Assembly: GCA_965223415.1 (NCBI GenBank)
Contig: OZ245002.1
Span: forward strand, 1,184,001 to 1,248,000
DNA: 64,000 nucleotides
Direction: 5' to 3'
Source: Myxococcota bacterium
GTDB lineage: Bacteria > Myxococcota_A > UBA9160 > UBA6930
In this document: positions 38,140 through 46,368 of the stretch, one piece after another
Layout of the letters: every line of letters starts with the position of its first letter
How positions within the stretch are numbered: position 1 is the stretch's first letter
Translations under genes and position numbers: made by a program
The notes under the pieces: model-generated
Seen by the model: the letters and a program-made list of their open reading frames with translations, nothing else
Databases searched by the model: none
Told to the model about the DNA's origin: nothing

Positions 38140-39835
38140 GTGAGGTGAGTAGCGCCTCGGAGTGTGAGATGGTGCTCCGATGTAGGTCGCGAGACTCGTT
38201 ATGCACATGCACACGAGCTTGGCGATGTTCCTCATCGAGCACGGTGACGGGAAACAGGCACTACCAACGCCTGATAACCGGAAGCCTAACCAGCTTCGCT
38301 CGTCCGTGTCCTCGACGCGCCGGATGCATCGAGAGGTGCTTGTCCGGTGGAAGGAGGAGCTCTACGGGGAGAGCGCGAGCTCTCCGGAAACCCCTACCTG
38401 CAAGGTCAAACCAACGCCCCACGTGGGCAGACGAGAATGGAGGAAACGTTTTTGCTCTGCCGCATGGCAGAACTGTCTTTCTGGGGAAGTTCCCCAAGGA
38501 AGACCCGCCAGGAGGCGATTGACCACAGTAGGGACGGAATCCCGTAGTTCGACCTCATCAACCTCGGCCGCGAGTCGAGGAACTGGGGCGACCCTGAAAT
38601 CGTGTCGAGGGGAGACCTTCGGTGCGCGCGTGTTTCAAAGTCGAGACGAGAGTCTCGATGTTCCATGGCTGCGGCCTTGGGGCAGAGGTTTGAATCCTCT
38701 CAAGGGGAGAGTCCGTCGTGGTGTGGCTTGCTATCCACGGGCGGTGACGGCTGCGATGCCCAACTCACCTTGCTAGGCGCGGGAGTCAGTCTCGAGCAAT
38801 CGAGAGTGCCGGAAGTTGTCACTTCCGGGTGACCTTGGACCATGGTTTCACCATGAGGTCAAGGCACACGAATAGCTCAACGCGTTCATGGGCGAATGGA
38901 TGAAGCCCTACCTAGTACGGAATCTTGGAAGACGGGGGGTACCCGAAGGAAGTCGCGCGAAAACGGCGCGACTTCCCAAGCGGTACTGAAGGCCGAATCG
39001 TGAGAACCGGACTGTGACTACTTGGTAAGCGGGTGCTTTGTGGTTCTACCCGCCGAAAGCGTCTCCGCGGAGATGTGATTCCGATGACCTCGAGTGGGAG
39101 GCACGGACCCAGTACCGGAGTGCCCGTACGGGCTATGCGACGTGAGCCAAGATTCGATGATGCACGCTAAAGGGGGAGTCTCCTTCTGGGGACCGATGGT
39201 GGTTCATCGGTAAGCGGAGTGACGTCCGTTGGCGGTTCTTCGGAACCGACCCTTGAAGGAGAGGGAGCTCGACTGAGTAGGATGGCTCTGGGACTCGGAG
39301 TGAAACCATGGGGGTGGTTCCCGATGGTCACGCTCTTTCTGCTGGCAGTGGAAGGTCCTCTCCGTTTGAGCCTGGGTGGTACCAGGTGAGGAGCTAACGA
39401 AAGGTCGTTCGAGGACCTGGCGACAGGTCTCGGTGAGAACTAGCCAGAAGGCGCTTCGAACGAGAAGCGCGGGCAAGTGGCCACGAGAGGTTCTCCGGGA
39501 GGAGGCCTCTCGTGGCAGCTGGCACCAGCGAGAGCCGGAGTGATAGCTCCTGCTCTCGCACAAGTTGGGCGGAACCATCATGGAACATGATGGAGCTGTC
39601 TCTTCGTGGAACCACAGCTCTTGGCGCGAAGCGCCTGCACGATGCTGTGGCAACGGTCCGAAAACGAGGAAGGAGGTTTCAAGAACTGCGGCGAAACGGG
39701 GCCGTGGGCGAGCGCTGAAGTGAAGGGAGGCGAGACGATGGAAGGTCCATCGTCTCGCGCCGGCCCGGGGGCAGAAGGTTTGAGACGAAGGTCCGGGCAT
39801 TCGTGGAGTTGGCCGGCAACCTAACTCCACCCCTT
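38140..39835 (+). ncRNA. Candidate giant structured non-coding RNA (family not recognised; ends approximate)
   Basis: No credible ORF; dozens of hairpins, many with GNRA or UUCG loops on the + strand; nested long-range helices; terminal hairpin 39803-39830. Confidence 0.7.
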
Positions 39836-39915
39836 TCTCGGCTGTCGCATGCGGCGGTGGAGGACGGTGAGTTCGATGTTGATTCGCGACCTGACTTCGT
39901 GCGATGACGGGGGCT

Positions 39916-40389
39916 ATGGGAAAGGTTCGGCTTTCTTTCGAAGTCGACGAGGATGATGCCGCGGAGCTTTGCGAGGCAGCCACCGTGTGGTGCGAGGACG
40001 ACGTTCCAGGGCTCCTTCGACAGCTCGTCGGAAACCTTGCGAGTTGGTGTCGAGGGAATCGCGACTACGCTGAGGACCCCGATGAGTGGGCGGCATTCCT
40101 CGCATGGGACCCGGCGAACTTCGAATTCCTCGGGGACTTCGTTCGGGCGAACGCTCCGGCGTTCGAGACAGACTACGACCTCTCGCTAGGCGAGCTCCGG
40201 TACGGAAAGCAGATTTCGACGCGCGACTTCGCTGCTCTGAAACTCGAGGACGGCTCCATTTTTGTCTTCGATGACGGAAAGGCGTGGTTCCTTCGCGCCC
40301 CACGATTCGACCATCCGACGCTCTCAGCGCGGGCGCGTGATTCCATCCGGCGATTCACTGAGGCCAAGGTGGTGTCGTCGTGGAACTAG
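39916..40389 (+). CDS. Hypothetical protein
   Basis: Acidic, globular-looking ORF; no motif recognised. Confidence 0.6.
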   Translation: MGKVRLSFEVDEDDAAELCEAATVWCEDDVPGLLRQLVGNLASWCRGNRDYAEDPDEWAAFLAWDPANFEFLGDFVRANAPAFETDYDLSLGELRYGKQISTRDFAALKLEDGSIFVFDDGKAWFLRAPRFDHPTLSARARDSIRRFTEAKVVSSWN

Positions 40390-40503
40390 CGGCTGCAAGC
40401 TACTCCACCGCATCGCACTGGAAGGAGCTCCGCAACCATCGCTGGAACGGCAAGAACCGGGGTGGTTGCTTGAGTAGGAACCGGGTTAGGTGCAGAATCG
40501 GCC

Positions 40504-41310
40504 ATGGCGACCGAACCTGCTTTCCCAACCGAATGCCCATCTATCGAAGCGCTTGTGCAGCGCGTGGTGAACCTTGCTGGCCACGGGTACTTCTACTTCT
40601 GTAATGGTGAGCTCGGAAAGGGAGACAACCGGAGTGAGCTCGACCGAAAGATGGTCGAGAAGTACTGCCTCCTCAAGCACGGCTGCCGCGCTCTCTCGAA
40701 ACCGAGGCGCTCTCGTCGCCGGAAAAATGGCCTCGCAAATGTCGACTACTTTCGCTTCCGGTACGGCTTTGTTCTGATGGCCACCGAAGGCCTGGTCGCC
40801 ATGGGAGTCGACGACCCGGACACCTTCCGAGACATTCGAGAGAGCCCGCTTCGCTTTGGCGACTACCAGGTAGCGGTGACGAACGTCGGGTTCTCAGAGG
40901 GGGGGGCACTCTCTGCGAAGGTCTGGACAGAACTCACGGACGTGGCGCTTCAGGCCCTTCGCCGCGAGTTCATGGCCCGAGCAGGCGACAGGCGAGCGGG
41001 TTGGCTTGAGAGCGAGTTCTACTCGGTTCAGTACAACTGCTACCGAGGAATTCGCGTTCAGCTTCGTTCAATTCTGGACGAGGTGAACCGCTATCGCAGG
41101 GTGAGGGGACTAGGAACACTCTCCCCTGGCTGCATCAAGTTCACACGGGAACTCCCGAAGCACTTCTCCGATGAACGGTTTAGTGCGTCGGATGCAAATG
41201 TGGTGCCTACTCAGACTCTCGCTGCTCCCAAACCGGCGGAAGCTCGACGCCAAGAACCAACCTGTAGAGCGAGAGCGTGGCGAGGTGAATCTCTACCGCA
41301 GCGCGCCTGA
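40504..41310 (+). CDS. Basic hypothetical protein
   Basis: HGYFYF...LDRKMVEKY...RRSRRRKNGLANVDYFR...FVLMATEG; resembles an uncharacterised mobile-element family from memory only. Confidence 0.65.
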   Translation: MATEPAFPTECPSIEALVQRVVNLAGHGYFYFCNGELGKGDNRSELDRKMVEKYCLLKHGCRALSKPRRSRRRKNGLANVDYFRFRYGFVLMATEGLVAMGVDDPDTFRDIRESPLRFGDYQVAVTNVGFSEGGALSAKVWTELTDVALQALRREFMARAGDRRAGWLESEFYSVQYNCYRGIRVQLRSILDEVNRYRRVRGLGTLSPGCIKFTRELPKHFSDERFSASDANVVPTQTLAAPKPAEARRQEPTCRARAWRGESLPQRA

Positions 41311-41734
41311 CATCCGTTGAACTGAGGGCCTCAACCGAGGTCTTGAGCTTCCCGCGAGCTGAACCCGTGGCAATCAGGTGGTGTCCCGATCCGTCTGGGG
41401 CGATTCCGTCGTGCATGAAGCGATTCCTCTTTCGCTGGGCAACGCGGAGCTTCGAGAGCACTTCCTCATGCCCAAGAAGACGCGGGTCGTGCGGTCCGAG
41501 TTGCTCACATAGCGAACCAAGCGCATCGAGCTTCTGAGGGAAGCTCATGTGGTTGAAGAGGATGAAGGGAGTTGGGTCGTGCACCTCGTCGAAGCCAGCG
41601 AGCTTCCCGAGACAGAGGTTCATGAGCGAATCGAGCGTCGTCCAGAGAGACGCTACACGCCCAAGTTCCTCTAGGAAGTCGGCGGGTAGGGGCCATCCAG
41701 AGAGGTCGAGTGAGTCGAGCTCTGCGTTCTTCAT
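41207..41734 (-). CDS. HEPN-like protein
   Basis: Helical protein with RNRFMH (Rx4H) and N-terminal ELGRV...W...D pattern. Confidence 0.55.
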   Translation of the reverse strand: MKNAELDSLDLSGWPLPADFLEELGRVASLWTTLDSLMNLCLGKLAGFDEVHDPTPFILFNHMSFPQKLDALGSLCEQLGPHDPRLLGHEEVLSKLRVAQRKRNRFMHDGIAPDGSGHHLIATGSARGKLKTSVEALSSTDVRRAAVEIHLATLSLYRLVLGVELPPVWEQRESE

Positions 41735-41901
41735 ACCACTCCCTATTGCGCCCTTGTATTGGCATCGAACAACGCGATTCTGCCCCAACGCGAGATGCGC
41801 CGTCTCGTCAAGTTTGCCCCACCCAAACGGGTGGAGGGAGAGCGATAGCGCCCGCTTGTGGCTCAACGGCTATCGTCGAGGACTTGAACCGGAGGTCCGT
41901 T

Positions 41902-43668
41902 GTGTATATCTCCAGGTTAGTTGTCCGCAATCTTCGAAACTTTGAACGGTGTGACGTTGAGCTCCGCGATGGGGCGACTTGTGTCGTGGGCGAGAACAAC
42001 AGCGGAAAGTCCAACCTTCTCTATGCGATTCGGCTGGTTCTTGACCAGTCACTTCCGAACTACACCAGGGTCCTCACGGAGGACGACGTCCACTCAGGTT
42101 GCGATATCTCGCACCCTTCCGACGTATTGGTGTCTGTGGAGTTCCGGAACTGGGCTGATTCGGTGAAGGCTTCTGCGCTCGTTGGTGAGTGGGAAGTTGA
42201 GCCTGACCGAGCGCGGCTTACCTACCGGTTCCGCCCCCGGAAAGCTGTCCGAGATGACCTTGATGCGGGGGAGAGGCGGCCCGGGAGCCTGTCTATTGGT
42301 GACTACGGGTGGGAGCTCCGCGGCGGTGGCGCGGTGGACCCAGTGGAGCTCACTTGGGATGTCGACACCGGGACCAGCCCCCGGCCAGGGCATCTCCAGG
42401 CGTTCCAGGTCTCTTTCCTTCACCCACTCAGAGACGTGGAGAGAGACCTTAGGGCCGTCCGGACGTCCCCGCTGAATCGGATTCTGGAGGTTGTGGGGAT
42501 TCCAGATGCGGAGAAGGAGAAGCTTGTCGCACTACTCGCCAAGGCCAACGAGGAGATCGCAGCCTCTAAGACCGTTACGGAGGTAGGCAAGGACATCTCG
42601 AGCTCCTTCGGGGAAACCTCGGGGCCCGCCTCCAAGCTGGACTTGAAGCTGGGAGTCGCAGCACCGTCCTTCTCTACGGTGACCCGTGCCCTGCGGGTGT
42701 TGTTGTCGGATTCGGCCCTCTCAGACTTCGACACCTCGAGAAACGGGCTTGGGCTCAACAACGTGCTCTACATCAGCATGCTGCTTCAGGACTTCGAGGC
42801 TCGAGCGAAGACCGATGGAGTGGCCGGACAGCTGCTCTTGGTTGAGGAGCCCGAAGCTCATCTTCATCCGCAACTCCAGCGGACTCTGTACGACGTACTC
42901 GCGGAGAAGGACTTCCAGTCGATTCTCACGACGCACAGCACTCACGTCACCTCGAAGGCCAAGCTCAACTCGGTAGTGACGCTTGCTCGAACGGGCGGAC
43001 CAGCTGTGTCTGTGGCTCAACCGGGCCGCGTCGCCGGAGTAGCGGCGAAGGAAGTCGCGGACCTAGAGCGCTATCTCGACGCTACCCGCTCAACGCTGCT
43101 GTACGCGCGAGCGGTGATGCTCGTAGAGGGCCCTGCGGAACTGTTCCTCATCCCAGAGCTCGCTCTTTCCGTGATGGGGAAAGACCTCGACCGGGAGGGT
43201 ATTTCAGTCATCCCCATCTATGGGACCCACTTCGCGGCGTACGCACCCCTCTTCCGTGATGGGTCCATGAAGAAGCGCTGCGCGATTGTCGGAGACAAAG
43301 ACCTGAAGCCGTCTGACGCCGAGGATGCTCCTGACCCCGCGCGCGTAACCGAGCTTCTGGCACTTCAAAGCGACACCGTGAAGGTATTCTTGGGCGATAC
43401 CACCTTTGAACGCGAGCTCGCGGTTTCCGGCATGGTAGGGCCGCTGCTCGCTGCCGCGAAGGAGTTCAACGCAACGTCACTGATTGCAGAGGCGGAGGAA
43501 TCACAGCAGGCGGGTGAACCGACCGACGAGCTGGCCGAGCGAATCCTCGCAACGGCGCGACGCGTCGGGAAAGCCCGGTTCGCACAGGCGCTCTCGAAGC
43601 ACGTCGGCGATGCCACGGCGATGCCCGAGTACGTCAAGCAAGCGGTGGACTTCCTGGTGGCAGAGTAG
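41902..43668 (+). CDS. gajA: OLD-family ATP-dependent nuclease (Gabija GajA-like)
   Basis: GENNSGKS, LVEEPEAHLHP, TTHS; TOPRIM LVEGPAE and DKD; RBS GGAGG. Confidence 0.82.
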   Translation: MYISRLVVRNLRNFERCDVELRDGATCVVGENNSGKSNLLYAIRLVLDQSLPNYTRVLTEDDVHSGCDISHPSDVLVSVEFRNWADSVKASALVGEWEVEPDRARLTYRFRPRKAVRDDLDAGERRPGSLSIGDYGWELRGGGAVDPVELTWDVDTGTSPRPGHLQAFQVSFLHPLRDVERDLRAVRTSPLNRILEVVGIPDAEKEKLVALLAKANEEIAASKTVTEVGKDISSSFGETSGPASKLDLKLGVAAPSFSTVTRALRVLLSDSALSDFDTSRNGLGLNNVLYISMLLQDFEARAKTDGVAGQLLLVEEPEAHLHPQLQRTLYDVLAEKDFQSILTTHSTHVTSKAKLNSVVTLARTGGPAVSVAQPGRVAGVAAKEVADLERYLDATRSTLLYARAVMLVEGPAELFLIPELALSVMGKDLDREGISVIPIYGTHFAAYAPLFRDGSMKKRCAIVGDKDLKPSDAEDAPDPARVTELLALQSDTVKVFLGDTTFERELAVSGMVGPLLAAAKEFNATSLIAEAEESQQAGEPTDELAERILATARRVGKARFAQALSKHVGDATAMPEYVKQAVDFLVAE

Positions 43669-45426
43669 GTGAAACTCACCAACGACCAGCGAGATGCGAC
43701 CCGGATTCCGGGCGACGTCTTGCTCGAGGCCTGCCCCGGAAGCGGCAAGACGACCACCCTCATCGCGAAGCTCCTGCGATGTGCCGACGATGTCCGCGAC
43801 TCGGTACGGCGTGTCGGGTGCATCACCTACACAAACGCAGCAGTTCATGAAATTGAGCACCGTCTTCGACTCTACGCCATCGCGGATGACGAAGAGCGAT
43901 TCGACATCGCGACGATTCACTCATTCTGTCTACGCAACATCCTTGGGCCGTTCCATTGGATGCTCCCCGAGTACCGAGACGGCTTCGAGGTTGCGGCGCC
44001 CGACAGCGAGGCGTTTCAAAGCCGGGCCGATACGGTGGCGGATGACTTCTTGCTCAACCACCGCTCAGCTCGCGAGAGCTTCGAAGTCGCTAACCGACTT
44101 CCGGATGGCTCCCCGGTTGTGCGCCCTCCCACGCCACCCGAAGCGGTGCTTCAGTTCTGGGACTCTCTGTCTAGCGACGGCCTTATCGACTTCACCAACA
44201 TCGTGTTTCGTTCGTTCGAGCTCCTCACTCAGCACCCAAGCCTCCTCTCCAGCATCCAGGCGAAGTACGCCTGGGTTCTCCTAGACGAGTTCCAGGACAC
44301 GACAGCACTTCAGGTCGAGCTCTTGAAGCTCATCGCAGATGGCGAAAGGACGAGGTTCTTCCTCGTAGGGGACACACGCCAGTCCATCTTCGGCTTCGCT
44401 GGTAGCGACCCTTCGCTCATGTCCGAGTTCGGCAACCACGTTGGCGCCACCCAGGGCCCGCCGCTGGTCGAGAACTTTCGGTCGAGCTGGAAGGTCGTAG
44501 AGCACGCCGAGAGACTCCTCGAAGGCTCCGCGCCGATGGAAGCGAAGGGCGAATGGGCGGATTACGGCGCAGAGCCCAAGCTAGTCGAGTGTGAGAATCC
44601 CTTTGTCTCCATCACGGACCACTTTCTTCCCGCGCTTGCCGACCATGGAATCGGGTACGGCGATGCGGCGGTTCTTGCCGCCCAGTGGTTCAGCCTCTAT
44701 CCGCTTGCGGGCCGACTGCGGGAGTTCGGAGTACCCGTGGTAGGGCCCGGTGCGCGACCGTATCGACGTTTGCACTTCTACGCGTCACTGGCGGAGCAGC
44801 TTTGTGCTCAAGCTGAGAACCCTCGACCGGACCGCATTAGGCAGGTGGAACGCGAGGTCTTCTTCCTGCTGAACGACCTCACGGGCGATGCACTAAACAG
44901 CGTTTACTCCTTCCGCGGCCGCATGGTGATTGAGCGGCTCATCCGCCTCGCGCATGAGAAGCGAGAACAACACGACGGGGCACTGGCCTGGTTGCGGGAG
45001 TCAGCGGAGGAAGTCGGTGCGGTACTCCAGCATGAAGGATGGCTCGGGTCGGCGGACGTGACTCGCTTGGTGGAGTCTGTGGACGGCATGGTGGCCGACA
45101 TGGAGAAGAACGACGTCGACGTCGAGAATCTCCTTGTGTCGGACCTGGGGATGTTCGCGGACCCAGCGGAGAGCCTGAAGCTCCTGACTCTCCATCGGGC
45201 CAAGGGGAGAGAGTTCGACGCCGTTGCGATAATCGACGTGCACGATGGGATGATTCCACACTCGTCGGCCAAGACTGAGGAGGCGGTCGACGAAGGCAGG
45301 CGCTTGTTCTACGTGGGTATTACGCGAGCGAAGAGGCTTCTCTTCTACTTCACAAGCAGCGAGAACTGGCGACCACTGAGCAGGTTCTTGGGCCCGGGAG
45401 AGCTCGAGTTGCTGGACGCCCCTTAG
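43669..45426 (+). CDS. gajB: UvrD-like helicase (Gabija GajB-like)
   Basis: ACPGSGKT, LLDEFQD, VGDTRQSIFGF, ENFRS, TLHRAKGREF, FYVGITRAK; abuts the OLD gene. Confidence 0.82.
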   Translation: MKLTNDQRDATRIPGDVLLEACPGSGKTTTLIAKLLRCADDVRDSVRRVGCITYTNAAVHEIEHRLRLYAIADDEERFDIATIHSFCLRNILGPFHWMLPEYRDGFEVAAPDSEAFQSRADTVADDFLLNHRSARESFEVANRLPDGSPVVRPPTPPEAVLQFWDSLSSDGLIDFTNIVFRSFELLTQHPSLLSSIQAKYAWVLLDEFQDTTALQVELLKLIADGERTRFFLVGDTRQSIFGFAGSDPSLMSEFGNHVGATQGPPLVENFRSSWKVVEHAERLLEGSAPMEAKGEWADYGAEPKLVECENPFVSITDHFLPALADHGIGYGDAAVLAAQWFSLYPLAGRLREFGVPVVGPGARPYRRLHFYASLAEQLCAQAENPRPDRIRQVEREVFFLLNDLTGDALNSVYSFRGRMVIERLIRLAHEKREQHDGALAWLRESAEEVGAVLQHEGWLGSADVTRLVESVDGMVADMEKNDVDVENLLVSDLGMFADPAESLKLLTLHRAKGREFDAVAIIDVHDGMIPHSSAKTEEAVDEGRRLFYVGITRAKRLLFYFTSSENWRPLSRFLGPGELELLDAP

Positions 45427-45601
45427 CACTGCCCACTCGTAGCTCCCGATGCTCTAGACTCAGGCGGGTGGTTGCCCGGGGCCACCCCCCTCGCGTCTCT
45501 GGCAGGGGAGCGGGGGGAATGAGCCCGGGCAGCATCCAACCGGTGGCTTCGGCAGATGCCCCACTTGAGACGCCCCGGGGTCTAGGCCCCGGGGCGCTGC
45601 A

Positions 45602-46096
45602 CTATCTGGAGAAATCAAACGGCTCGTCGTCGTCTAGCTCGTCCTTCTCCCACTTCTGGAGGGGTGCGGCCTCCTTCAACGCCTCGAGGAAGCCCGCCAA
45701 GTCAACGCTGAGGCCTGCCTTTGTCCTTCTGACGGAGACCCACCCCTTTCTATCGAGCTCGCGAAGTCGCTTCTCGAATCGTTCAACGGAGAGCCCAGCC
45801 AGGAACGCGAGATACTCAGTGCTCGGTGGCCGGCTGACCCGCGGCCGGCGGTAGTCGACGATGGCAAGGAGCACGGCAAGTTGCTCCGCTTCAGGCCGCC
45901 CACCGAATAGCCCTGAGAGACCTCGGAGAAGCCTCTTCGGGAACGGGACAAACCCCTCGACAAGGACCTTCCCTGGCCATTTCTCGAGCAACACGGGCGT
46001 GAGGCTGCTCGCCGCCACCCGCTGACGTTCGAACTCGTCCTCGGCAAACGGGTCGTCTGCCTCAGGGTCAAGGCTGTCTCTCGGGTCCTTGCTCAT
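45602..46096 (-). CDS. Winged-HTH protein
   Basis: PPSTEYLAFLAGLSVERFEKRLRELDRKGWV. Confidence 0.65.
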   Translation of the reverse strand: MSKDPRDSLDPEADDPFAEDEFERQRVAASSLTPVLLEKWPGKVLVEGFVPFPKRLLRGLSGLFGGRPEAEQLAVLLAIVDYRRPRVSRPPSTEYLAFLAGLSVERFEKRLRELDRKGWVSVRRTKAGLSVDLAGFLEALKEAAPLQKWEKDELDDDEPFDFSR

Positions 46097-46368
46097 TCGA
46101 ACTCGCCTCGTAGTTCTAAGGCTAATTAGTAGCTAAGACCTGCGTTCGTCGCCAAGAGCCGGCCAAGGCGCTCGTGCTCCCAGGACGCCGGCTACCGGGC
46201 GGGGGAGAATAAGTTTCAACAAAAACGATGACTTAGCCCCGGGCCTGCGGTCCAAGCCGAGCTTCCAATCAGGTCGAGGGCGGAATGAGCCTCGCTTGAG
46301 CCGACGCCTCCGACTCGCTTGCCCCGCGATTAACCGTGCTTAGACATTGCTCTATGGGGTGAGAGCGC

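Noticed and set aside
38185..38714. Group I intron R/S-like words (GAGACTC at 38191, GAGAGTCC near 38707)
   Set aside because: No P3/P4/P6 core or interrupted host gene identified, and no group II domain V seen; short matches are insufficient without a covariance-model search.
38140..39835. CRISPR array, attC cassette array or rRNA
   Set aside because: Hairpins share no repeated sequence or regular spacing; no universal rRNA signatures recognised.
38201..39983. Track ORFs 38201-38776, 39204-39983 and the small ORFs between
   Set aside because: No motifs or clear RBS, Ser/Arg/Pro-rich shadow-like composition; better explained as by-products of a structured non-coding region.
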